Shown: one piece after another, positions 12,589 through 24,629 of the stretch
How positions within the stretch are numbered: the first letter of the stretch is position 1
Layout: every line of letters starts with the position of its first letter
NCBI GenBank assembly: GCA_030704615.1
Contig: CM060734.1
Span: 2,170,001-2,234,000, forward strand
DNA length: 64,000 bases
Source: Takakia lepidozioides
Lineage: Eukaryota > Plantae > Bryophyta
Direction of reading: 5' to 3'
Program-made: the position numbers and the translations under genes
Notes under the pieces: generated by a model
Told to the model about the DNA's origin: nothing
What the model saw: the letters and a program-made list of their open reading frames with translations, nothing else
Database searches by the model: none

Positions 12589-12943
12589 ATGTCGTGCTTC
12601 CGGAACCGGGACGACTACCCTTATGGAGGCTTCGATTATGCAATGTATTTGGCCACATTGGGAGACATCGTTATCAGGCACACAGTTTACACAGAAGATA
12701 GTGGGGCGAATGTGGAAACATTGTCAGCTTTTGATTATATCCCAGGCAACTACGCCTGTGAGCGGGGTGACGATCTTGGTCTGAGGAGTCCGGGGCTCCT
12801 GCGCATCCTTGATTCTGATTTTCCCAACTACGACGGGCACCCATGCAGAAGAATGCGCACTGCTATGCTGTCGCGGTGGAACTGCTGCCAGTGGACATCG
12901 GTAGAGTCCATAGGAGAGACGTATACTCCTGAAGGAGTGCGCT
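12589..12943 (+). pseudogene. orfA-type copy truncated by an LTR fragment
   Basis: MSCFRNRDDYPYGGFDYAMY...WNCCQW matches 6897-7460; homology stops at the TGTCGC LTR start (12944). Confidence 0.85.
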
Positions 12944-13293
12944 TGTCGCGGCCCTTTGCCTTGAGGGTTGGGGGTCGGGACGCAGAGGGGTTGCCCCTGT
13001 GGTGGGGGCGGTGGCAGCAATAGGTACGGGGGGCTGAAGCACCCTTGAGTGCCCAAGGCACTCAAGGAGGCGGAGGCGCTCACTAGGTGGAGCCCCGCAC
13101 ACCGGGTTGCAGTGGGGGTGGCTCCACAAGGGGTGGTGGTAGCTTAGTGGGACCTAGTGGGGGTGGCATAGGACTCACCATGGGGCAGAGACCTTGTGGT
13201 CGGAGTCGTGGGGAGTCTTGGGACTCACCACGGTCCAATGGGGCCGTGGTGGGTGGGCCAAGACTCACCGCGACTCATCACCGGGAATCGAGG
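12944..13293 (+). mobile_element. Partial LTR (one end) of the family represented by the solo LTR at 51091-51816
   Basis: Starts TGTCGCGGCCCTTTGCC; reverse complement of ~51467-51816. Confidence 0.85.
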
Positions 13294-13561
13294 GGGGGGC
13301 TTGCTATTTCGAGTGGCTATAGGCCCACCTGGCACTTACTGCCCATACTTTGCATGGCAGGGAAGGAAACTGAAACGGCTACATTCATGGAGAAGCCAAT
13401 CTTCATCCGTGCAGGTTCCTGTCGGGGGGAAATTTAAATGTGCCCTGGAGTGTTTGTGAGGAATTGCAGCGTTTGCTTGAATTTCTTCCAGCCACCGCGC
13501 TGCTGCCTCCTCCATCCGGGAGCTGCTGTCATTGAGCGTACTCCGCTACTCTTTTTCAAGG

Positions 13562-14140
13562 ATGCCGTGCCGCCAAAATCCTGCTGACTGCCCTTATCAT
13601 GGCCACGATTATGCTATGTTCAAACCAGAATCAGGAGACATCATTGTCTGGCTCTCTGTTTTCACAGACGCTTCTGGAATCAAGCGGGAGTCTTTGCGCG
13701 CAATGGAGTATCTGGAGGGCTATTACTGCTTTGAGCGAGGTGAGGGCGAGGGTCAATGCGGTCCGTGGGTCCTGAAAATTGTTGACCTCGATATACCAAG
13801 CTGGAATGGGATGCCGGACAGATCACGCACGGCCTCACTTTGGCGTTGGAACTGCTGCCAGTGGACCAGGGAGGACGGCACCGGGGAAAACTATATTCGT
13901 GGAGTTCACTCCGCTTTTCCAGTGTATGGAGACATTCGGCTGAGTTGCGAAGACGAATCGCACGGGCACATGAGGCCCACAGTGACCTTGTCAATGTATG
14001 ATGGTGGTATGATTGATGGGCATGACATTGTCGTCAGCTCCACCAAGGGCACCAGATCGACCGCATTGCAGTTTATCTCGAGGTGCTGCATCAGTAATGA
14101 GCTTGTTTTGAGGGTTATCGAAGTTCCGTCAACTTGGTGA
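13562..14140 (+). CDS. Uncharacterised 192-aa protein, type orfB (MPCRQNPADCPYHGHDYAMF...WNCCQW...ELVLRVIEVPSTW)
   Basis: Intact ORF; paralogue of orfA with shared CP...DYAM, GDI, FERG, PW.L.I.D, WNCC.W, YGDI, DGGMI.G.DIVV and ELVLR..EVP blocks. Confidence 0.65.
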   Translation: MPCRQNPADCPYHGHDYAMFKPESGDIIVWLSVFTDASGIKRESLRAMEYLEGYYCFERGEGEGQCGPWVLKIVDLDIPSWNGMPDRSRTASLWRWNCCQWTREDGTGENYIRGVHSAFPVYGDIRLSCEDESHGHMRPTVTLSMYDGGMIDGHDIVVSSTKGTRSTALQFISRCCISNELVLRVIEVPSTW

Positions 14141-14547
14141 CGCCCATGTAGAAGAAGGAAGGGCTTAGATTTGTCTGGAGTTGCTAAATGTGAGACACCG
14201 TGTTCGATCAATAAAACAACCCATCGTACCTCACTTCTGTGTGCTTGTGTTTCATCGTGTTCAAGAACTGCCGTAATTGGCCCATTGTTTACAATTTGAG
14301 GTCTCATTTCTACAATGTGTCTGTCCATATGAATATACCGGAGTCAGCGATATCACAGTCCTGAGGTGAAGAAAATCCATCTATGAGTAATAACTGACAT
14401 CATCCAGATGCCCCTTTGGCTATTCTCTCCACGTCCTAGATCACTCATTTACTTTCGTCCCATTTTGCCCGTGTGGCTAATCCACGACGTCGCTCTCTGT
14501 ACCGTCACCCATAGCATGCATACTGTTTGAATGTTTAAGTTACTCTC

Positions 14548-16199
14548 ACTGAATGAAGTGGAGCGACGGTGGCCTACGCATGAGAAAGAACTGAAGGCGG
14601 TGGTGCATTGCCTTGAGCTTTGGCGCCACTATGTTGGTTCCAACCCGGTGAAGGTGTTCACGGACAATGTCACGGTGAAGTATTTTGCCACACAGCCTAA
14701 GTTGTCCCCAAAACAAATTAGGTGGCAAGACACTTTGGCAGTGTTCGACGTGGATATCCAGTACAAACCGGGACGGGACAATGTGGTGGCCGATGTTCTA
14801 AGTAGAAAGCAACAGCTCATGTTGGTGTACAGGGGCGAGACGGCGCTCCAAAGGAATATCCGGAAGGTTTACCGGAAGGATGAGATGGCGAAGTCCGTGA
14901 TGCGGAACTTGAGGTTGGGGGTTAAATCGCAGTTCCACTTGCACAATGGACTGCTTCGGTACAAGCAAAAGCGTCTCTATGTGCCGAAGGTAGGGATCAG
15001 ATATAGTCTCTTGAGAGAATGCCACGATGGCCCGCTTGCGGGCCACGACGGAGCCAAGAGCACCGCGACATTCTTGAAGAAAGAGTATTTCTGGCCCAAA
15101 CTAAGGGAGGAGGCCGAGGAGTATGTCAAGACATGCACCACATGCCAACAAAACTGGAGCGAGTACAAAAAGCAAGCGGGGTTGTTACCATCTTTACCGA
15201 TTCCAGAGAGGTCTTGGGAGAGTGTCTCAATGGATTTCATTTTTTGCTTTGCCGCTGTCAAAAGGATTTGATGCGATCATGGTGGTGGTGGATAGGTTCA
15301 GTAAAATGGGCCATTTCATCCCCACCAAGGAAACGGCAACGGACGCAGGAGACGGGGCAACTTTACTTCGCCCACGTCTTCAAGCATCATGGACTCCCAA
15401 AGGACATTGTTTCAGACCGCGATCCAAAGTTTACACGTAAATTTTGGAGGGCACTTTGGAAGAAAATGGGGACGAGGCTCAAAATGAGCACGGCCTTCCG
15501 ACCTACAATAGACGGCCAAACGGAAAGAGTGAACTCCGTGGTGAAGCAGATTTTGCGGAATTATGTGTCGGCAGACCAGTCGGACTGGGTGGAGCATTTG
15601 GATGCGGCAAGGTTATGTTATAATAACACAGAACACTCCGCAATGGGAGTTTCCCCTTTCGTATTGGTCTATGGAAAAGCACCTCTGGTGCCGACAAGTT
15701 GGGCCGCCCAGGACGGTGTGGAGCCGGCAACAGCAGCGGTGCTGGAAAAACGCGAGCGTTTGTTGGAGCTCGCAAAGTACAACATTGCCAAAGCTAGGAA
15801 ACGGTATGAATGGCAGGCGAATCGGAAGCGGAGGGAAGTTAAGTTTGAGGCAGGCATGGAGGTCTGGTTGAACATCAAGAATTTTCAACTACCTCCGGAA
15901 GTGAGTCTGAAGTTGTACCTCCGTATGCGGGGCCCTTTCGCATCCGGAAGGTTATGAATGAGAATGTGTATGAATTGGAGCTGCCGGCAAACAGCAAGGT
16001 GCATCCAGTATTCCACGTTTCCCTTTTGAAGCCTTACTTAAAAAATGAAGCGCGTCCGAATCGGCATCAAATGTTGCGTCCGCCACCTGTGTTGTTGAAT
16101 CATGACAATGAACCCAAGTACGAGGTGGAGGCAGTGCTTAAGTCGAGGAGGTTCAAGAATCGAGAAACGGAGTATCTCCTGAAATGGAAGGGCTATTGA
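14548..16199 (+). mobile_element. Ty3/gypsy chromovirus pol relic (RNase H, integrase, chromodomain)
   Basis: HEKELKAVVHCLELWRHY..FTDN; HHCC zinc finger (CHDGPLAGH..CTTCQ); SMDF/VVVDRFSKMGHF/IVSDRDPKF/DGQTERVN core; VHPVFHVSLLKPY; YEVEAVL..EYLLKWKGY; frameshifts at ~15240, 15345, 15920. Confidence 0.95.
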
Positions 16200-19100
16200 C
16201 AAGCCTTGAGCGCGCGCGGTCAGGGTGACGACATATTAGTCTAGGGGGGTCGTGGTAAGTTGCGGTGTAGGTTGGGCTCACTGAACCGCCTACCCGACTG
16301 CGGTTAGTGCAGGGGGTCCGTGGTCGTACATGGTGGCTATGATCACTATCTAAGTCCTACCGACAAAGAGAAATCACGTACTCCTCTTCACAGGGCGAGT
16401 TTGCGTTTCTAAGTCCTACGGCATCCTACAATCTACTCAGTAACTGCCTTCCAAGTCTTTGTGTTTTATTGTCTAATTCCTACCGCCTATAGCCGGGACA
16501 TGTTTTAATCCCTTCACAAGGCACCTGCCGAGCCTAGGAAGAAGAGGGAAAATCTTCCTCTCCCAATGCCTTTCCTTCACCGAGTGCTTAAGTTCAAGTC
16601 ATCTCTGATGGAAGGGCCAACGCTTCCTACCCCAGTGCCTAAAATATTTTGTCTTAGCAAAGGAGTGGCCAAAATACTTATCATAATCCAATAGGTTCAC
16701 CAAGTTCAATAAGGTGGTTCTAAGCCCCTCAACTCAATAAGTTCAATCAGTTTAATCAACGCCCTTTAGGCTATAACATGCACTACGTGCATCTATCCTA
16801 TTTAAGCAATTTCGCAAATCAGAAATGCTGGAAAATAAAAGAAATTAAAAAAATCAGGAAAAATACCTCCCCTATGGGAAATCATGTGGGGAATCCAAAG
16901 ATACCCTTGGCGCCTAAAGATGCCATTGGGAACCCTGTGGGAACCCAATGAGAACCGAGGAACACCCAGGAACCGTTCCCTGCCGTGGGGAACTGCCGCG
17001 GCCCTATCGGATGAATGAATCTCGCTGAGAGCTCATCCCTGCCACTACATTCGTTAGTCCAGAACATACATGCGTAAATAATAAAATAACCACTGGTGGT
17101 GGGTCCAAGCCAGATTTCACTCCTTTACATTATTTTAAGGCGCTGGTGCGCTTTCCCTTCGTGGAAAAAGTCATCCTCTACCTTGGGCTCTGACAAAAAG
17201 GCGCACTGTAGCTGAGTTCTTAGGACATAATACTTTCTCTCCTCCCTTGTCTCTCCAGGTCTCCGCCTCTAGCTCACTGCTCACAGGCCCGCTTGGCTCT
17301 CTCTTGGAGTCATAAGAACGCTCCCCTTCAAGGCTACGTCCTCCCAAAATCCTAGATTTTATCTACCACTGGCGCCTTAGATAATGGCTCATAACCCTTA
17401 GAGGGGTATAAATTGAATCTAATAGCTAAAGGTAAGAATACCCCCCTTTAAGGGAATTTGCAGACGCATTGCCCGCTAGGTAAAACGCCCCCGCCACGTG
17501 GCGGGGCGCAACTCCTCGCGTTGCGGTTAACGCCGGCGTCCGTCGGTCCGTCTCAGCTTTCGGTTATCCCGCAGGTAAAGACCCGCACCCTGCTCGCATG
17601 CTTCAGGGCCTCACGCCTGAGCCACGCGGCTGATATACTTGATTTCATGTCGACTTAAGGTCAGCGCTGGGGCCCCGCTCCCCGTACGTCGTGGCTGGGC
17701 CTCCACGCTTTTAGTAATCGAGTGCCTACTCTCTAGGCGCAGCACCCGGGCTCCTCCCGGGCTGCTCGCGACCTTGGGGCAGCTGCTGTCAAGCGAAATC
17801 AGTCTGCCCAAACCCCAAGACAAAAAAATACAACCCACCCTCCCCTAGGCCTCCATGGCTTGCTAGTGGGGGGGGGGGAATTAGCACATAGTGGCCTTAT
17901 AGTGGGGCCTTATATCATAGATCCAGCCTACTGGCCTACCTTTGCCAGAGCTCGCTATATTTCAAATTAGTAATCAAACACAAAGATTCATTCTTCAAAC
18001 AATTCAAATACAAGCCTCTATTGGTACCCTTTCCAATAGGCTATGGGGTTCTTCCCCTTGTCAATTCTAGACATGAAATAGTGGGATTCCACAATGCACT
18101 CTCCTCTTTTGAAGAGCCTGAATCAGATTTTCAACTTCAAGCTTTGCTTGGAAAATAAATGAATCACATACATAAATGGTGAAATGGTAAGATGGGATCA
18201 ATCTTTCTATGCGAGAGTGCTTGGGATGCTCTATCGACTCAAATAATGGTACTCTATGCGGCTCCACTTGGGCTCTCGTCCAGAAGTCCACACCAGCCCC
18301 TCCTACTCGTCCTCAAGTCACTTTCCTCTACATGAAATTGTCCTCTTCCTTCACAAATGAAATGGCTCAAAGGCCCACAAGCTAGGCCACTTGCCTTAGC
18401 TCACAAGAATTCTTCCTAACTAGGGAGCTTCAAGCTCCACTCCCTAGGATCTAGCCTCCTCAAGCCTCAAACTAACAACACTACAACAACAAGAGGAAAA
18501 TAAACAAGAGAAAGAACTAGATGAAGAACAAGGGAAGCCTTGCCCTTCTTTTATACTGTTTTTGAGCCTAATAAACTAATGGAAAATATTCATTAAACTA
18601 TTGTTTCCTTGGAGGATCTATAATATAATATTCAACATGGATGAAAAGTCTTAGAGGCAAATGAAAGCTGGCTTTTCATCCATCCAATTGGATGACCAGT
18701 TGGCGCGAGTTGTCATTTCATCCATCCAGCTCCTCAAGGCGAATTCCAGGATTTTTCATCCATCCAAGAAGTAGAAATGCAAATAATAGGCCCCGTGAGT
18801 GCCGTCGACTCAATAATTTGGCCCTGCTGCTAATCAGCTCCATAAATCACCAAATTTGGTGAGAAACTACAGTTATATACCCCGTATCAACCTGTAAATA
18901 TTCAGCTCCATCGGTGGTAAAAAGTTGCGCTTCTCGCCATTCGTCATATTTTCGCTACACACAGATTTTGTGGTATTTTTGGAAATAAAATCTCTGGTGA
19001 TGGCTTTGGGGTCTTTGACTCTGCCACTGAGTCATAGGTTGTCCGGAGTCCCCTCCAGTTGTCCCACACTGCTAACAAGTCCACGCTTCGCCGTTTGAAG

Positions 19101-20499
19101 TCGTCCTGACCTGCTGTCATTCCGATGCGGCCAATTGCTTTGTTGCGATATTTCATCGTTGTACATGTCGCTGCCACCAATTGCCAAGCTCATCGCCATG
19201 TGTTCCTACTGGACTTGAAAGGCGGGAGAAAAGAGAGATCAAAATCTGGGACTGGAACAGTCGTCCTGTATTGTTTGAACAGGATTAACTTGCCGTTTCC
19301 GGTACCGAATTGGCAGCCTAATCTGCTATCGATGCAGCTTCCTACGGTCATGTTGACGCCAAAGTTCCACTCCATGGTCGTCGCAGACACTGTCTAATTT
19401 CCTACGTGCTTTACCAACGATTTCCAGACAACTAACAAACTAACCTGTTTTGGCAGTACAATGCCGAAACCGCTTGTCTTATGATCAAAAACGATCTGAA
19501 AAGAAAAGTGTACCAATATATGCATCTACAGCTATCATCAAGTGGAGGCAACTTGGGTGCGTGCCTCAGAAATGGGAAACGCATCCGAGACGGTTGTAGC
19601 TTTCGAAGGGCGACCTCAAAAGCGGAAGAAGCGTTGATGGGGACATCAACCTTGGATTGTGGGGAAATGCATGCTTAGTCCGGCTTAGCTAGCTCAGGAA
19701 CCCGATTGCAAAAACTTGTGTTGTACAATTTTTTTTATAAATGAAATGGTTTCCAAATGTTGTGCTTCCTATTTTGTTTGGATTGGTGATGCATGGTATG
19801 GTTGGCCAGTGTGTAGAATGTATGCTAGCTTACAAAAGTGGGAGAGGTAAATTGGATTAATCGTGTGTTTGCGCAGTGCCGAAATCGGGTGACTCCCATC
19901 CAAGGGGCAAAGAAACTTGCGCCATCTTTGGGAGTTCACGTGCTAGTGCGCACCTGGCACGTGCGCGTACTATAACTGCGCTACCGAGGGGGTTGCCTTG
20001 TAGTGCGGGCTAACGCGGAAGCTATGTGCTTCCGTTCACGTACTATAATCGTGTAGCCTCGGGACGAAGTCATAGTGCGGCTTCGGCGTGTTCCTGTATC
20101 TCAGGCCAGCATTCCAAGGTGGACCCAATTGTAGTGATAGGGTGCACGTTGGTTCAAGGTTATCTTCCTAGTCAAAAAGGGTTCAAGGAACCTTTGCTCA
20201 AGGTGATGCCAAAAAACGACATCATGAGCAGTCGCAAGTAATGTTGTTGCAGTAAGGCGATTCGAGCCTTGGGGAGGATCATTCCTTGGCCTTGAAGTAG
20301 GCCAAGAAGAGTGCACTGGGTGGAGCTTGAGATGCTCCACCCTTGGCCGGGACTTGGAGGAAGTCAGCCGAACTAGCTAGTGGAGAGTAGAGTCAAGTGG
20401 GGGTCTGGTTCTTTGCCATGGGACCCCATGGTACGGAAACAAACTCCTTAATGTAGACGCCACAACTTGAGGGTCGAGTGGTCGAGTGGTCGAGTGGGA

Positions 20500-20637
20500 G
20501 TATGAGGGGGACCGTTATGCCCCGGTGAGCAGCCGAAGCTCCGAGTTGGCTCGACGGCCAGTTTGGGAGTTAGGCGCGCGCATCAAAGCGAGTAACTATG
20601 ACTTGAAGGGGAGCTTATCGAAGTGAGGTGCGCGACA
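20500..20637 (+). mobile_element. Fragment of the other end of the same LTR family
   Basis: Reverse-complement match to ~51091-51225; ends GCGCGACA. Confidence 0.75.
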
Positions 20638-23600
20638 GTATTGCTATCGAAGAGCGTCTAGGCGATAGTATGTCCCTATCGGCTCGTCTGTTGCAGCTAG
20701 TTAAGTTGGATGAACTTCGTCGCCAAGCGTTACAAACCATTGAAGACACCCAATTGCGGCGGAAGGACTATTATGATAGCCGTCTTAAGACTAAAACGTT
20801 TAAAACTCAGGATCTGGTCCTTCTTTATGAGAGTCAATTTCAAAAGTTTCCTGGCAAATTAAAGATTTATTGGTCCATATTGCGTAGTGGAAGTTTTTCC
20901 AAATGGCTAAATTCAATTGGCTACACAATGGAGATCCTCTGCTCACTTGCATTAATGGCGATCGCCTCAAATTATTTTATCCTTAAAAGCTTCTGGGGGC
21001 AAAATCTAGGTTACAGTCGGGGGAGGGGTTAGTTTTTATTTTTATTTTTATGGTGCCATCATTAGTTGGTTAGAACGCCGCCGCCATTTTCAGCCGACAG
21101 ACAGGACAGTTATGATAGACGGTTAGCTTCATAGATTACGGCGGAACGATCATATCGGCGAATGCCAGCTGTTAGGTTAAGCCATCCTGTATAATAGATA
21201 GGAGTGGGGCCGCTCCTTCCATTCTCGTTTCATTGCTCTGCATTGTCTTTCTTTGGCTTTGGTAGTCTGTTTTAAGTGTTGAAAGAGAGCTCTGCTATAG
21301 AATGAGTGCTTCTTGAGATAGAGACGAGTGATCAGAATGGTGAAGAGGGCTGCTCAGCCGCCACTGCCGGGACCAGTCTCGATGATGGCAGGAGAGTTGA
21401 GGATTTGTGACCTTCCTGTGATTCTTGGCAATCGGGAGCAGAAGGCCCTGTGGCGGCAAGCAGGGATGTTGGAGTTCTTGCTTTTGACTGCGAAGGGTTT
21501 GCCACCACAATAATGCAATTCTACAATTCTTATGATTCTAGCGCGAAGAGTGGGATAGTCAATGGGATTGAGATCGTGATTGATGCACGTACTATTACAG
21601 AGGTCTTGCTATTGCCCTCAGCGGAACATGAAGTCGATAGTTTTAAGGATGAGTCTTTTGATCCTGAAAGCCATTTCAAGGAGAATGCTTTCAATCAGTC
21701 GGAGGGTTGGGCAATTGCCAAAGCAATCAGTCCATAGCTGATGGAATGGATGAAGTTCGCTGCGAGTCGATTGACATTAAAAAGGGTAGCTACTTACATA
21801 GCCCGTTCGCAATTGAACTCTGTAGTGGCGACATAATTTCTTGGGTTACAAATCAACTGGGCAGAGTTTGTTTGTGGCAAGATTCATGAGGAGGTGGTGT
21901 TGAAGCGGAGGGGTGGGAAAACTGACATTCTCTACTGTGCGACCTATTTGTCCATGCTTTTGCAACATCGATTGACAGTTCCCCCTCCCTCTGATGAGGA
22001 TGATACCCGAGTGATTGATAGACTGGAATCCAGTAAGGCAAAGGAGAAAGACATGGCAGTAGTCAATACCAGTAAAGCAATTGTTACAACCACTGGCAAG
22101 GATGTGGGAAGCCAGACTTCTTTTGTAGCGAGACTTCGTGATTTGGTTCTTGGTCTTCAGGAAGTGGCAGCAGAAGCCATTGACAATGACGATGTGCAAA
22201 AAGAGTTGACAAAATTAAAAGTCACACACACTGCAACCCTATCGCGCAATCAACAGTTGGAACTTGCTTGGGAGGATGCAAAGAAGAAGTTAGAGGCAGA
22301 TGCAAAAGGTGTTCACAAATTGCAGGAGCAATGGAAGATGAAGGAAACCCAATACTAGAAGGCAATCGCCGATAAGGATGCAGTGATTACAATGTAGACA
22401 GAGCGATCAAAATTCAAAGAGAATTGGATTGCTGAGTTGGAAAAACAACTGGCTGAGGTGGCTAAACAGGTCACTGAATTGGAGAAACGTCTTGCAATAG
22501 CAGAGAATCCTGAAGCATGATATGTAGCATTGCAAGAGGAGTTTGATACCTATCATAACATGTAGACAGGGGAGATGAATGTCATGGAGGAAACAATAAA
22601 GGCACAGATGACAGAGTTGCAAGATTTTGAGAACTCGGTGTCAAACCTGCAGAGTTGGTTGGAGATCACATTTTGTGTGAGTGGCAAGATGTTTGTTATG
22701 CCCAGAGCCTCAGTCAGGGTTATCTGTATGACAGTGAACTTTTAAAAGTAGCTTTCAATGGTGCAAAGGAGCCCATTGATTTGGAAGAAGAGTGGGGCCC
22801 TTTATGCTCACTTCATATGGAGAATTTGGCAGTAGAGATGGTCATCAGAGGAGATTTGAAGGTGACTAGTCCGGAGAAGTTTTTGCTTACAGTTGGAGAC
22901 CCTGCCAGTCGATGTTTTCTATATTACAAGCAATTGGAGAATCGATTGGAGACCTTCCGAGGGTATCATCTCCGATATCGTCGATGGAATCGTGAACCTG
23001 CTTGTGAGTTTCTTACTGCTCTACCCATGCCAGAAGAGAGGCTGTTGTCTGGTTACTTGGAGATGGTACAACAGATTGTAGCGCAGGTGCTCGATGAGGA
23101 TCAATTTGGACATATGCAGGAGAAGGGCCATCGGAGGTATCAGGCATTGGAGGGCAAATGTCTGCATGGATCTGCCTATGTTTTGACGGAAGCATCGATG
23201 CGCCACATGATAGGGCAGTGGCTGAAGGCGCGAACACATGAGGAAGTATTGACCGGGAATTGGTTAGCAGATTTGACAATCAATAGACCTACTGCCCTTG
23301 AAGTTTCTCAAGTGGGCCTTGCGATGTTTGAGCGATGTCATTTCCCTGCAAACTGGGATTATGCAGATTTTGTTGGAAATCCAGAGAAGGTTTACCGTAC
23401 TTCGGAGGATCGAACGATACCAGACTGGGAAGTATTGTTGTGGATGGGAAAGGATTATTGCCACACAACCAAGGGGGACTGGATTGCCAAGTTGGGTTAT
23501 CGGCCAGCACCTGTCAATATGCAATGGCCACGCAACATAATAGAGAGTTTTGGAGTATGTTGTTGTCCTCGTCGTGGTCAATGGGGTGAGAATGAACATC

Positions 23601-24110
23601 TGACGTCTTTGCCCTATAACTGGCCGGTAATTCCGGGAGAGTTCAGTACTTATGAGTCCTGCTAGGCTGCTTACAAATCTTTCCAGACGGTTCATGGAGC
23701 TCATAATGATCCTTTGTGTTTTATGGCTTTGATTTTATGTGGAGTCTTGGCAATGTGGTGTTACAAGTATCATGTGGTGGTTGATGTCAATAGACTTATG
23801 GTTGGCGGACAAGAGTTTGGTATTGTCGCCAAATTAATGCACCACCCAGCAAGGTCGATCCGGGTTTTTGAATTGATGTGCCTGACCGGGTTTCTTCAGG
23901 ACGATCATCCCAACATTTACAACGATTGCGGGTCTTCGCGATATCACCCTTATGTTGTTTTCACCAATGGACAGAAGGAGGGGTCTGATCGAGGTGATCA
24001 TCGCCGATCACAAGAGCCCGATATGAGGAATCCTTCTAAGAGGCCTAGAACTTAGCAATAGCGATAGTGTTTGTGGGGGCGCTGCACAACTAGGAGTGGG
24101 GCTATGTAGA
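20638..24110 (+). mobile_element. Second, non-chromovirus gypsy relic: integrase C-terminus, extra 3' ORFs and probable PPT
   Basis: RLLQLVKLDELRRQAL..RKDYYD..F..QDLVLLY..FPGKLK.W (20640-20880); decayed ORF GIVNGIEIVIDARTITEVLLLP followed by coiled coil (21450-22620); ORFs 22655-23665 and 23714-24055; AGGAGTGGGGGCTA-TG at ~24092-24107. Confidence 0.6.
22655..23665 (+). CDS. Retroelement-borne accessory ORF of unknown function (probably the C-terminal part of a decayed longer ORF)
   Basis: 336-codon open frame, Trp/Cys-rich, downstream of integrase; no clear ATG start and no family recognised. Confidence 0.4.
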   Translation: MVGDHILCEWQDVCYAQSLSQGYLYDSELLKVAFNGAKEPIDLEEEWGPLCSLHMENLAVEMVIRGDLKVTSPEKFLLTVGDPASRCFLYYKQLENRLETFRGYHLRYRRWNREPACEFLTALPMPEERLLSGYLEMVQQIVAQVLDEDQFGHMQEKGHRRYQALEGKCLHGSAYVLTEASMRHMIGQWLKARTHEEVLTGNWLADLTINRPTALEVSQVGLAMFERCHFPANWDYADFVGNPEKVYRTSEDRTIPDWEVLLWMGKDYCHTTKGDWIAKLGYRPAPVNMQWPRNIIESFGVCCCPRRGQWGENEHLTSLPYNWPVIPGEFSTYESC

Positions 24111-24629
24111 ATAATAGAAATTTTTGGTTAAGATTTAATTCTAGGACTATTTAGTGCATTTCCTACTCGATATACTCTGTGATACTATCAATATGGATTC
24201 GATATAGTAACATTGCTTGATATTTTATGATGATTGATAGTCTAACTTTAATCGATAATGAAGGAAATAGATGGATGACTATTTTGGATGGATAGAAGAG
24301 GTTGAGCAGTTATAGAAGTTGTTGGAACAACTCTGCTATTTATTTCGTTCATGTGAATCAGATGGTGTCAGATGAGCCGGAGAGCCTTGACCAGAGCAGA
24401 GTAGAGTGAGTAGGAACTATAAGATAGAGTTATTTCTCAATGGTAGATTAATATTGCGTTATTGTGGTATAATGTTTGTGAATGAATAGAAGAGAAGAAG
24501 GAGAAAAATGAAGTTCAATTCAATTTAATGATGGAATGTAAGTCCAATTTTGAATGCAATTATTGAAGAACTATGACTGTGTGAGATAGTGAGAATGTGC
24601 ACCATTGGAAGTGATGAAGATTCCGTGTG

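Larger units (their letters stand above)
11192..14390. repeat. ~1.1-kb inverted repeat (arms ~11192-12285 and ~13318-14390)
   Basis: 13318 TTCGAGTGGCTATAGGCCCACCTG is the reverse complement of ~12263-12285; 14360-14390 is the reverse complement of ~11192-11225; both arms contain orfB. Confidence 0.9.

Noticed and set aside
16200-19900. LTR, PBS or gene calls in this interval
   Set aside because: It looks repeat-derived, but I could not identify paired termini, a TSD or a recognisable protein.
12944-20637. One LTR element spanning the LTR start at 12944 and the LTR end at 20637
   Set aside because: The flanks do not form a TSD (GCGCT versus GTATT) and the interior is a patchwork of unrelated pieces.
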